Part shown: positions 36,701-49,248 of the stretch, one piece after another
How positions within the stretch are numbered: the first letter of the stretch is position 1
How the letters are laid out: each line of letters starts with the position of its first letter
From: Gordius albopunctatus
Taxonomy: Eukaryota
Direction of reading: 5' to 3'
Length of the DNA stretch: 64,000 bases
Assembly: GCA_964276515.1 (NCBI GenBank)
Contig: OZ193909.1
Location: forward strand, 3,658,001 to 3,722,000
Translations under genes and position numbers: made by a program
The notes under the pieces: model-generated
Database searches by the model: none
The model's input: the letters and a program-made list of their open reading frames with translations, nothing else
What the model was told of the DNA's origin: nothing

Positions 36701-39700
36701 GAGAATTTTCGTTAACCTTTATTTCGAAATAGGCATCCTTGAGGTCCAAAACGCTAAAATATTTAAAACCGCCTAGTTGAGCAAATATATCCTGAATTCG
36801 TGGCAAAGGATATTTTTCAATTAAGAGGTGCTTTTTTAAATCACGGAAGTCGCCGCAAATACGGATGCTTCCGTTATTTTTAATAACAGCTACAATAGGA
36901 GCAGCATGTTCAGCATATTTTATGGTTTTAAGATACCTTCTTTAACTAACCTATCTAATTCTTCGTCAATTTTAGGTTTTAACATATAGGGAATAGATCT
37001 AGGGCGGAAAAAACGTGGACACAACTCATCTTCTAATTTAAGCTTTGCTTCATACCCGATTACCCCTTCCAATTTATTCTCAAACAATACCGGGTATTTT
37101 TGAATAATATTATTGGTAACAACATCATCGTTGGTATGGTTAATCTTGTATCGTTGGAAGGGTTTGTTTTGCTCCCAATCCTCAGCTAGCTGACGTAATA
37201 TGTGTGGAAATATCCTTAACCAGTCTCTTCCCAAAATATTTTGCCCGTTCCCATCAGCGACGTAAAGCAAGAGTTGGTGGGTTGCGTCTTCTTCTTGCAC
37301 GATTACTCTTGCCGATCCCTTTAGCGGTATAGGCGAACCATCATAACCCTTTAACTCGGTACAACCCGGTTGAGTTGTAAAGTGAGCCCCATTGAGAGAA
37401 TTAATCAAGGTGACTGCTGAACCGGTGTCAATTTCAAAAGTTAAAATACGGTAATTTACCTTCAAAGCATAGCATGGCCGCAAAGAGTCTTTTAAATGGA
37501 AATAATCTAATGAGGAAACCTGTTTGACACGGCATATCTTTCCGATATGGCCTTAGGTATGACATTTATAACACGTCGCAAAACGTAATTTACAGTTGAA
37601 TCGAAGGTGGTTCCCCCACATGCGAAACATTTCATATTTGATGCTGGGTGTTTGTTAGTCACTGTATGAACGGGTTCCAATTGTTGGGTCAACATATGGC
37701 TTTGGAATCTTCCCCGTTCCATTGATCTCGCAATATCTAATGCCCCTTTCCATGTCAGATTATGTATAATCAATAGTCGCTCCACAATCTTATTATTATG
37801 TAACCCCGCAACGAACCGATCCCTTAGATTTTCTTCGAGAGAGGCTCCAAAGTTGCAATTTATAGATATACCTTTCAGTTTAGCAGCAAAGGCATCAATA
37901 TTTTCACCTTCTATTTGTACGTATTTGTGGAATTTATATCTATGGACAATAGCACTCAGAGAGGGAGCGAAAAAACTTTTCAAGGTGGACACTATTTCAT
38001 CGAACGTTTTTTGTAACGGGTCCGAAGGATAAAGAAGATTGATCAGTAGTTCGTAATTATCCGACCCGCATACCGTCAAGAACAGGGATTCCTTATCGCC
38101 GCCAACTACTAGATGATAATGATTAAATTGCGAAATATACAGGTCAATATTATCAGAAGGACTATATGGGTGGAAAGTAAGGGAAGAAATCGACCGCGCC
38201 ATTTGATGAGACTTAATCTATTTATTTTGGAATCTTAACTACCAAACACGTAAAAGTCTAAATAAGTAATAGAGATTTTGTATATATAGGGTCAGATCGC
38301 GTGATGGTAGGGTGATCGCGTGATGGTGGGGTGATTGCGTGATAGTGACTTGATAATTAATATCATTTGAATAAACATAATTTGAATAAACGCGCATGGT
38401 GCAGTATACAGACGCGCATGGTGCAGTTTCAGTATACAACAATAATCGTGCTTGCTCTCCATTGATTAGGGATTCGCTCTTCTACCAATATCTTGTTAAG
38501 GAGGTTCGTCATGGTGGTGACTCCTTCTTAACGACATCCGAGCAATGCTTCCATAGGTATTCAATCTGGGCCATTTGCTTTTCCTTTTTGCATCTTATTC
38601 ATTTGTGTCCTAATTTCATCCTCCTGGAAGAGTTCGACCATACTTATATTTAGCTCAATTTCGGGAAGGAAATCCTTGTCATTTGCAATATTCATAAGTT
38701 TCTTAAAATATCCTTTCCACCTTTCCATCACTTCTTTCGGCTTGAATAAGGTTTGATCCTTTTAGCTTTTGATTATTTTAAGAACTCCGACATCGCGACT
38801 TTTCTTCTCCCTTATCTTGGCCAATTTGTACATAGGCCTATCGTCCCCTTTATGATCCAGTTTGTTTGCCATCTCGGTGTACGCGGCATTCTTTGCTTTT
38901 GCAACGGCCTTTTTTGCGGCCCTCTTTGCGTAGCCGTACTCTTGATAATCCTCCGACTTTTTTGATTTATGCCACCATCTATATAGATTTTTCTTTCTTT
39001 TGATGAAATCTTTAACCGATTGATCCGACCACCGTAGTTCCCTATTCATAACTTTGTCTCCTCTGGTCTGTCCTAGAAGACGAATCGCTGTTTCCTAAAT
39101 GTCCTTAGATAGCGTCTCCCAATCGTTGTCTACGTCCCTTTGCAACTTCCTTGCAACCAAGAGTGGGCAGGCTTTTTGATCGTATTATTTGTTCGTTGAC
39201 GTATCCTTTAGCCTTTCGTATCGAATTAGAGGTTCATAGACCTTTCTTCCTTCGGGAAATACTCTTCTAGATTCATAACAAGGGGACGATGTTGCCTGGC
39301 GATTTCTTCTCCCGATATTACTTTGCAATCATTGATACTCCATAATTCCTTTCGCCGTATAAGCAAATATTCGATTTGACTAAAATGCTTCCCACTTCTA
39401 TAGGTCACAATATGATCTTCGCGCTTTTGAAATAGGTGTTAGCGATCGCCATGTCATATGCTTGGGATACTTGGAGAAGTTTTTCCCCTTCTTTGTTCTT
39501 CAGACCATGCCCATAGACTCCATGATTGCGTTCATACCCGAGGCAATGTTTCCCAACGTGAGCGTTGAAATCTGCCCCCAATAATTAGCCTTTCTTCCTG
39601 TCCTATTCCTTGTATTTCCTTTTCAAATGGAGCGAAGAAAATGTCTTTCTCTGATTCCAAACATCCAATTTGGGGAGCATACGCGCACATAACGGTTAGG

Positions 39701-40222
39701 AGGCCCCGTTGATCTGCAATCTTCACCCACATTAGCCTGTCGGAACAACGCTTTACTTCCACCACCTTGTCCTTGAACGATTCACTTAGAACGATACCGA
39801 CCCCGTTTCTACGATTTGATGACCCACTGTAGAAAAGCTTGTATCCTTCTCCTAATTCCCGAGCTTTCGTTCCGTTCCACCTCGTCTCTTGTAGGCAGGC
39901 GATGTGTACCTTTCTTCTTTTTAGCATCTGTGCGACCTTGATGCTCTTCCCCGTCAACGTTCCCATATTCCAGCACGTAATTCGCATTCTTTCCACAACT
40001 AGTTTCCTTAACCGCCTTTGTTGTGAGTTAGGCAGTAACCTTAGTGTATTTTTCACATTACACGGGCGGGGTATACAATGCGCGTCGTTTTTGGAGGACG
40101 CCCTAGCCTTTTCTTGTAAAATCTTGTTTGAAACTATCATAATTTTGGAGTTGGTTTTTATAGCCGGTTTCTAACCAAACGCCAACCCTACACATTTTGC
40201 ACACGGACTTGGTACCGTCGCA
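33780..40222 (-). mobile_element. RTE LINE (relative of the 11707 copy) with nested Gypsy and deleted RT core
   Basis: 5' UTR and APE at 38442-40222 (ORFs 39532-40140, 39226-39408, 38762-39049). C-terminus at 33780-34273 (WLKWRSISGVICDKK, RGRGRPR). RT motifs missing between the two parts. Confidence 0.88.
34274..38441 (-). mobile_element. Ty3/Gypsy LTR retrotransposon, near complete, 3' LTR truncated
   Basis: 5' LTR ~38246-38441 (TGTTGTATACTG), PBS TGGTAG at 38244. Gag 37507-38202; protease 36920-37483 (IDTGS); RT/RNase H 35283-36806 (YLDD, TDAS); integrase 34320-35198 (TDNGPQF, HPRSNGEAER). PPT 34308-34322; 3' LTR remnant 34274-34307. Confidence 0.93.
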
Positions 40223-42310
40223 GGCAGTGTTTTTTTTCACTTGTTTAATAATTGTAATAAATCAGGAGAAATTTTTATTTATTGGAAAAAATTCTCATCT
40301 AGACGAATTCAAAATTTATCTAGACTGAGACGAGATTCTCATAATCCACCCGATACGAGAGTATGCTACCTAGATCGAGACAAGATCGAAACACTAAAAT
40401 TTACATTGAATATAAGTTTGTTGGAAACTTATATTCAATGTCACTCAATCAATAAAAGACTGTAATAAACATTTTAATATACGATACATTGAGAAATTAT
40501 TTAATTATTAGCCATAAAATGTATTACAGATCATAAGTTTAGTATAAATATTAAAACTGTATAAGATAATCACAAAATTTTAGTAAGTTTAGTCATTTTA
40601 ACAGAGATGGGAGAGACTTTTGCCATTCAATGTGTTCGCTTTTCTGCTTAGAGGTAACAAAAGGTTTTATAATATAATTAACATGTTTTATTATATTTAA
40701 AATTAATTAATAAATTGCGGGTTTGTTAATAATTTGAAGAAGATAATATAGGGATAAATATAATTAAATTGTCCATAGATGGCTCTAATGTACTTTTAAT
40801 TTGATTTTAATAATTTGAATGTAAGTTCGTTTTAAAAAGACCTGTTGAGAATCAATAACAGTATTATTATTAGTATCTACCTTGGATTGTTGAGGATTAC
40901 CTACATCTTAATCATAAAATTGAAATACTAAAAATTATGCTCCTAGCTAAATCTTTAGTTGTGCAACCCTTTACACATAATTTTGTAATTATATGATTTT
41001 TGCATCAACAGCCAAACCATTTAGAGCAAGTATAACTCCTCTTCATTCATTTTAAGTTGCTTTGGTTGGTGTTTAAATTTTTCTTCACTTTAAATGTTAA
41101 TACATAAAATACCTAATTAAAATACTTAATATATGGTTGTGTTCTGAATTTAAATTTTTAAGAACAAATGCATAGTTGTCACCGGTTGATAAGAAATTGG
41201 AGGACTTGAAGCTTAAGCAATTGTTTTTTCTTTCAACGTTTTTCTTATGGCTGCGGAATTGCTTTTAAACTTCTTTCGCCTCTAACCCAATAATATTTAC
41301 TTGACTTATATTTAAATCTTGTTATGATATCTTGAGGATATTGCCTTTTGTACCTGTGGGGATGTTTCTGTGTAGAAATCCGTAAAGATTTTCTTTTCCC
41401 CTTGTATTTTTGCTTGATGCAAGATATTATTTCAAAATGTCCACAAAATTTTATTCTATGGCAAAATAGAATTTGAAAACCGGATCCTAGATCTAGACAA
41501 AAATTTTGATGTCGAGGCGAGACGATACGAGATTTTTTCGGCGAGATCTCGGCTCAAATTTTTATAGGGATTATAAAATTTTAGTAAATTTAAAAGTGTA
41601 TTTTTATATTTTTATTTTGAATGTTTCACAGGTATTAGATGTAAATATTAAATGTAAATTAATATTATTGAATATATTTGATATTAAAAAGGCACCCAAG
41701 TTTAGTAAATCTTACTTATTTTTTTTTAATTTTGGTAATTTTAGTTCATTTACCTAAGTAGGAGTGGCCCTTAGGGTACGTGAATAATTTAATAATATAT
41801 TTGTCTCCTAGCATTATTATATATTACCAAATTTTGGGCTTTGAATAAGATCTGATGGGCTATTAAATATTACTAAAGCATTTTAAATTTTGCTATATCT
41901 CATTTTGCCTGATGTGGTGATATTAAATAAAATTGGTGGTCAATTGTTTAAATAATTATACAACAAAAGCTAAAATGGCTCGAGATATTTAAGCCCCCTA
42001 GCGTTTAAAAGTATATTCGAATGTTCGATGACACCGTAATAAATTAAATTATGAGTTTTCTATCAGCTTTTATAACTCCTAAATTTTTGGACGTTACAAG
42101 ATATTAGGTGATGAATACATTTTTTGTCATGTGCATTACTTTTCACATTCGGGGTTGGCATGTGCATTTGAATTTACTACAAGTTTTATAACTGTGGCAA
42201 TTTTGCAACACGATCTATACTATACTAGATAAATAAATATTTAATGGCAAAGTTAGTTAGAACTAGAAGGTAATTATTTAGAATACAAATTTAATTAAAA
42301 TGTTTGTCAT

Positions 42311-45300
42311 TGTCATATATGTCACATATTGATTCTTTGAAGAGGAGCAACGAGAGGTGCGGCATATGGGGAGTCGTGAAAGACGATCAACCAGAGGCGC
42401 AGGGTAATTACCAGGTGCTGGACGATAGCAAGTGAGAGACAAAATAAATCTAGGAAGAGTAACGGGAAGGACGCAAAGGAGAATAACACCTGGCGCGGGA
42501 CACACAAAGAGAGTATTATCAGAGGCAATAACAACTGGTGGAAGGAATGACAACTGGCGCGAGACACGAGAAAAAAAGAAGTGTATCCGAATAAAAGGGG
42601 ACATCGGCGCACATACAATATCAATTAATAAATTTTCTTGGATATAAATCGTTTGTGGCATAATTTTTACTGGAAATAAAATATTTATCGGAAGTACGAA
42701 TTATTCTCAGACCTAATATTGGACTGACGGTTTATTCGAGGACGAATTATTCTCTGACATAATTTTGGACTGACGGTTTAGTCACGGACATAATATTGGC
42801 GCCCAACGTGAAATTTATTATTTTGGAAATAATAAACCAGGATTGCAATACGAATTGGGAGGCCTGCAATTATTCGGTGAGGACAAAATAAGGCAACAGG
42901 ATTTGTAACGTATTCTGGAATACGCGTTACAACTAAGTAAGTTGATGGTAAAGATTTATGTGTATGTTCTCATATTTGTACTTATTTTATTAAATTGGGC
43001 GGTAATTAAGAAAAAGTTGTGTCGATTGGTATTAAACATTGTAATTAGGCTTCTCGTGAACAATGTATATTAAACGTGGATATATAACAGATTACTATGT
43101 ATATATTAGTTGTTTTTGTATAGGGCTTACTGTTAACGTCATTTTGAATTGTATAGTGGCATGTTGTAAACGGTGTGAGACATGCCGTGGAGAGAGGAGG
43201 AGAGATAGAGATTGGGTAGCTAAAGGCTACAAATGTGGAGAAATCGGGCATGAAACGCGTGCATGTCCGAGAGGTATTCCGCAGTTAATATGTTTTATAT
43301 GTAGAGGGTAAGGACATAGGGCGAGGGAATGCCCTAGGCGTGTACAAGCGTGACGTTTAAGGAGCCGAGGTGGACTCCGTGTTTGGATAAGACGGAGCAC
43401 CTTGTATTGTAAAGATATTTTTTGCGCGTTAATTAGATATATTATTTTTTTTATGCATGAGGTTTTCTGTATTATATTTAGTGTTTGGAAATTTTGCATA
43501 GATGTACTCCTATATGGGGTGAGACGGGGCACATTTAATTGTAAAAATATTATTAGCTTTCTCGTTTGGTATAGTAGAAGTCTATTGCATGTGATGTTTT
43601 TAATTATACTTATAATATGTAAATTTGTCATAGATACTTATATATATTGTGTACAGCAGGAGCTACGTATATATGGTAGGATGGGGAGAAGTGCCTATAA
43701 ATTAGGGGCATATCTACTTAGTTCCTTTAAAAGGGTGAGTCTTAAAGTGGTGTGGGTAAGTTTGTATTTAGTCGGTGTTCTGTATAATGCGGTGATTTTA
43801 GTCGTAAATGGGAGTGTTAGTAGCACGGACAGGTGCTGGTACATATTGTTTTGGTACTGTGTGAAATACATAGTTGTAGTAAGGAGGGCAGTTAGGAGAT
43901 ATAGAAAGAATAAGTTTTTTATGCTTAATAAGCGACAGCGGTGGGAAATGGTCGTTAGAGTGTTAACCCTAGGGAGAAGGGGGAGGGCTAGGTGTGGCGG
44001 GGCAAGGGGCAACAAAGGGGAAAAAAGTAAGGGGCACAATCCAAGCAATATTATAATGTGTAGTGTACACTGTAAAGGAGATGTGGGATGGAAAGGAGAG
44101 GATAGGAAAGAGGTTGACTGTCCAGAAGGTGACAGACATGGTATTACTTACGCTAAAGGGTATATATTTTTCCACTTTCACAAAAAGAAAGGGTTAGGGG
44201 GAAAGTATTTATGTTTCAGAGTATATGATCTCCGACTTATCTATCATTTTTAATTGCACTATACTGCTAGCTTACTCTATTCTACCTAACTCTTTGCTAT
44301 GTGTCTGTCATTTGTATATGATCTAACTTTTTCATATTTATATCTCCTTCATTAATGATCATGTTGTGGTTACTATACCTATTGTGGCAGAGAGCCTTTA
44401 AAAAAAAAAGAGGAAGTAAAAAGAGATGTATGAGTTGAGAAATTGTATTTCTCACTATCACGATTTCGCAGAATATTATGTACAAAATCGTAACATAAGA
44501 ATTGTATTACGCACTTCGGGTATAATATAGTGTCGCGGAAGTGAAGAATTAATATGTATGTTGCAATATTTATATATTGGTATGCTGTATATGACTCATT
44601 CACTTAAAAAAAAAAGAAAATAAAAAAAAATAATAATAAAAAAAAAATAAATAAAAAAAAAATAATAAAAAAAAAAAATAAATAATGTAAAGTATCAAAG
44701 GTGAAGTGAGGTATTATTGCGATGTTGTATGTGTACTTGGATAGTATTTCGGTGTTATATCAGTTGTTTTATACGGATGGATTATAGTATTTCCGTTTTA
44801 TATTCATTTTCTCATATTTCTATTGTATAATTATAGTCGTGTATGTTTACTTTATTTTTATATTCTCATATTTTTATTGTGTATTTATATTCTCATATTG
44901 GTATTGGGTATTTTTATGCTCATTCGGTTTATATATTACTTATGCCACATTGTTCGGGTAGCTGTAGTGTGTTGTCGATGTAAAACTGTAAAGACATGTA
45001 ACGATGGATTTGAAATATCGTGGCTGGGTTGAGATGTATATCAGGAAAGATATATGAATATTGTAATCTTTTTATTGTGGACTTATACTCGTATGAGTTA
45101 TTGAGAGAAAGCGTCTAAGGATGTATAACGTCAAAGGGGAAATAGCAAGGTTGTATTCAAATGTTATTACGGAAATTGTGAATATCGCTATTGTTATTAC
45201 GCGGAGTGTCCGTATAAAAATATAGTGTATTATTGTAGTCGGTGTATATCGCGCGCAGTTATTAGTGTATAAATATTTGGGAGGGCGTAGTAACCTAAAG

Positions 45301-45859
45301 ACGGAATCACGTCGGAACTATGGGTATCGGAATTGGGGCGAGCAAAGAAAAGGGAAAAGAGTAAAAAAGGGAGATGTCATATATGTCACATATTGATTCT
45401 TTGAAGAGGAGCAACGAGAGGTGCGGCATATGGGGAGTCGTGAAAGACGATCAACCAGAGGCGCAGGGTAATTACCAGGTGCGGGACGATAGCAAGTGAG
45501 AGACAAAATAAATCTAGGAAGAGTAACGGGAAGGACGCAAAGGAGAATAACAACTGGCGCGGGACACACAAAGAGAGTATTATCAGAGGCAATAACAACT
45601 GGTGGAAGGAATGACAACTGGTGCAAGACACGAGAAGAAAAGAAGTGTATCCGAATAAAAGGGGACATCGGCGCACATACAATATCAATTAATAAATTTT
45701 CTTGGATATAAATCGTTTGTGGCATAATTTTTACTGGAAATAAAATATTTATCGGAAGTACGAATTATTCTCAGACCTAATATTGGACTGACGGTTTATT
45801 CGAGGACGAATTATTCTCTGACATAATTTTGGAGTGACGGTTTAGTCACGGACATAATA
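42311..45859 (+). mobile_element. young non-autonomous LTR retroelement lacking pol
   Basis: 485-bp LTRs at 42311-42795 and 45375-45859, about 6 differences by eye. PBS TGGCGCCCAACGTG (tRNA-Lys type) at 42797-42810; PPT AAAAAAGGGAGA before the 3' LTR; TSD GTCAT at 42306-42310 and 45860-45864. No protease/RT/integrase motifs. Confidence 0.93.
43063..44253 (+). CDS. internal ORF of the RT-less LTR element: two CCHC knuckles in frame with a hydrophobic, C-terminally basic region (two in-frame stops)
   Basis: ORFs 43063-43311 and 43402-44253 share one frame. YKCGEIGHETRAC and CFICRG*GHRAREC, then several hydrophobic stretches and RRAVRRYRKNK..KRQR..RRGRAR. Confidence 0.55.
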
Positions 45860-46702
45860 GTCATAAAATAAAATACGCCTGCTTTCATTTAAAGTGTACA
45901 ATTATATGTTCTTGATCCTTTGATAATGCCACTTTTATTGTTGTTTTACGTTATAATATGTGCAACTAATTATCAATTCTTTAAATAATATTATTATCAT
46001 TAAAAATCACTGTCATTTTGTGGATTATAACGCTATAAGTAAGTCAAATATAGGTGAACTTATAAATTTTCAAGTCTTTTACATTTGACAGACACGGTGA
46101 ATTAGATAAAATGTTGAATTTGCTGGAACTATAAATTCGACTTTATATACATCAAAATTATTTATAGTTTATTTTTGATTTGCACTTTCCATAGAAAGTT
46201 TTATCTGTATGAATTAGTTCATATCTTTATTTTGTCAATGAAATGTCGTGTCGTGTTAGATATTTAAGAAGTTTGTGTATTTAGGTTCTTAGAAAAATAT
46301 AAAAAGTTTTCCATTTGGATTTTTTTATCACTTATTTAATATTTTTAACAAAATATAAGAAATTTTAATTTTGTATAAATTTTTTATAAAATAAAACGAG
46401 AGAAGTCGAGAATTCTCGTCGAGACGTGATCGAGATTTTTCTAAACCGAGGCGAGATCTTGTGAAAGGGTTTTGTTGAATTTATTATAAGAAGGAGATTA
46501 TCCACTGTTTTAATGAATTTTTTGAAACAAACTTATTCTTCTCTATGACATTAAAAGATTGCACCTTTTAAAATCAATGAGGCTATTTATCAAGTCTATC
46601 CTGTTTACTTATACTTTAAGGATGTCGCTGAGCTCTTTATTTAGATACTGACCCCATGAAAAATCATTCACGGTTATTGAGATAATTTTTTTAAAGATCG
46701 AC

Positions 46703-48264
46703 ATGTTCATTACATTACTCTGCTTCGGTGAGTTTTTAATTTTTAATTCAAAAATTATTATGTTATAAATTAACACACAGGTCATTAGTAAGCATCAAAA
46801 TGGACCAAAATTACGTATTTTCACCGTTTAACCTTAAAATTGCCATGTACATATATACGCGGCGGGAACTAGGGATGAAACCTGCTACGCTGAACTAGGA
46901 AATATTTCGCAGCAGTCTTTCACACACGATTACATTAGAAGGTAGTCAGGTTTTTGAGCAAATACCAAGACTACGAAAACGATGCAACCAAAATTAAAAT
47001 ATTAAATTAGCTATTTGTCAATAATAGAATGACTATACATCCAAATTATGCTAACGCCGTAAAGAAAATATTTGGGGCCTTGGGGACCCCGACTAGTTAC
47101 AATTCACCAGATTGAACTATTAAAGCCATCCATTGATGGCTCAGGCTACTCGTAACAAAATTCGGGATTTTTTTCCCCCGGAGATATTACAAGCAACAAT
47201 CTTATAGCTTCTGTCAGCACTCTCTATTTTAAAGGACTGTGGGAGGTTCCGTTTGATAAGAGCTAATTTTTTAAGTCCACTTTATATTTTCTAATTAATT
47301 TTTGAAGATGAACGACTCAGCAAAATTTTCATACAGAAGACGGTCGATATGTCTTAACACCCGTGATGAATATAGCTTAATTAGAGATCGAACAATATAC
47401 AGACATGAGAGATTTGGCCAATTATTTAATCTTGAATCACAAAGAGACCAAATTCAAAACGGTCCTAATTCTTCCCAATTCCAAATCAACGTTAAAAGCA
47501 CTCAAATACAAACTTTTTATGGATCCTAATATATTAGAGAATGCACTCAAGAAAGCTTCCATCAAAATTCCTAACATCTCCATACCCCTGATTGATTGTA
47601 AAACAAACTTGCAGATAGTATCGAGGTTGTTTCCAATAATGGTAATTTAGGATTGATAAAATGGGAGGGTGGAAATGGGTTTACATATTTCGGTCGTCCA
47701 GCGACCATTATCAATAAAAAAAAGGGTAAATTACAAGTGATGTGGATTACAAATAAGGAACGAAGGACGATTTGATAATGGTCGCTGGACGACCGAAATA
47801 TCTAAACCCATTTCCACCCTCCCATTTTATCAATCCTAAATTACCATTAGTGGAAACAAATTGGATACTACATAATGGATTGGTATTACATAATTATATT
47901 AAACTTGCAGATGAACACGATATTGGCGAATTCTAATCTAAGTTGCATCTTTAAGTAACTATCGATATATATTTGGAGATGAATTTTATGTATAAATGTA
48001 TATAACTGAACTTCCATTATGCATGTTTCCAGCCATGGTTTGAACAATATCGTCAAATCACAAGCCTTGTCGTTGGATAAAATGGTTCATAAAGTCAATT
48101 TTCAAATGAACGAAAAAGGAAGTAAAGGGGCAGCGGCCACTGGTGGAGCCCTCGAAGATAGAGCATTTGACAATATGTTTTTTAATAGACCGTTCTTGCA
48201 TTTACTAATCGAAGCTGAGTCTGGAAATGTTTTATTTCCGGGAAGATATTCAAGCCCAGATTAA
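46703..48264 (+). pseudogene. serpin pseudogene
   Basis: Short hydrophobic exon 1; NYVFSPFNL; STLYFKGLWEVPFD; VLILPN; MNEKGSKGAAATGGALEDRAF..FFNRPFL..LFPGR. Several frameshifts/stops in the 5' half. Confidence 0.88.
47617..47900. mobile_element. hairpin insertion (~99-bp inverted arms) with 12-bp TSD, possibly Penelope-like-derived
   Basis: Arms at 47616-47714 and 47772-47870; direct repeat AAACTTGCAGAT at 47605-47616 and 47901-47912. The empty site is visible in the serpin paralog at ~19950-19974. Confidence 0.85.
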
Positions 48265-48796
48265 CGGCGATCGACCGAGACGCATTATGATGCATTTTTT
48301 TGAAATTTATAATCAAAAATATATGTAACACAAAATTAGTTTAGATGATTGCATACATTTAAATATTATAGAAATGTTCTATTTATATATAACGCTTAGC
48401 CATCATATAGGTTAACAAGTGAGGAAGAATTGAAAAAAACTTCTGGTGAGCCACAGTGAAAATCAAGATTAGCAAAGTAAAATCGCCGAAAAAAGACACA
48501 CTTTTGAAAGTTTAAGGATTTTTACCATTCTTTATAGGTGATTGAGAAGCATGCCTTTTGAAAATAAAAATCCCAGCGAATAAGATACTCGATATTATTA
48601 TGGTAATTATAATCTTATTATTATATTTAAATCATATTCAGTAATTTTGTAAGAAATTTTTATATATTTTTTATATCCGCACTTTCTATCCTTTATTTCC
48701 TACTATTAAAAATGTACAAAATGTGTAATAACAACTAATAACGATCAACCAATCGAATGATGATTTCTAGAAAATAAATGTAAGTATTAATGTAAG

Positions 48797-49248
48797 TGTT
48801 GGACGATGGCTGTGAGAAATTGCCGTTAAATTAATCCGCTAGAATGAGCGACGACTACGAGTAAATTTAAGGTAATGAGTAAGGGGGACCGTTTGGTTCT
48901 TCCTTCATGCTACCGCTTGACCCACGAGATTCAAAGATGAAAAATAAAATATCCCCCCCCCCGCACCACAGGACTAACGAGTAGAAAAATAAATATATGA
49001 TTGTATCATGGTCAAATGCCCGCTATTTACACCTTGTCGATGCACTTCTCATTTGCATGAGGGATGCCGACAGTTCCATGTACTGCACATCTCCACTAAT
49101 ATGAGGCATGCTTTTTATATATTTGCCTGCTTATAATTAGTGCCCATTATTCACATAACTAATTTTAGTTGGCAAGATACAACAGGCTATCCTTCCTAGC
49201 TCATTTGCATAAGCGAGTAAGTAAAGTGATTCAACTAAAACTACAACA
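48797..49248. repeat. solo-LTR-like repeat, inverted relative of 4811-5180
   Basis: TG...CA ends; shares long blocks with the reverse complement of 4811-5000. Confidence 0.6.

Larger units (their letters stand above)
32470..41480 (-). mobile_element. highly degraded Ac-type hAT transposase relic, interrupted by the RTE/Gypsy block at 33780-40222
   Basis: 32566-32757 resembles the hAT dimerisation motif (LMARE..S..VEKNFSK). ~41340-41450 resembles a BED finger (KFC..NL..KHP). CGAGA subterminal repeats at 41510-41555. Confidence 0.4.

Noticed and set aside
19976..40396. A single 20-kb hAT element capturing the RCC1-repeat gene, bounded by inverted TAGTGTT ends
   Set aside because: Flanking 8-mers differ (GTTTTACG vs AAATTTAC) and the motif family recurs elsewhere in the window, so these are probably independent fragments.
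42278..42661. Antisense 100-135 aa ORFs recurring at 42278, 45318 and 55683 as a gene family
   Set aside because: They lie within the LTRs and recur only because the LTRs are near-identical; no recognisable motif.
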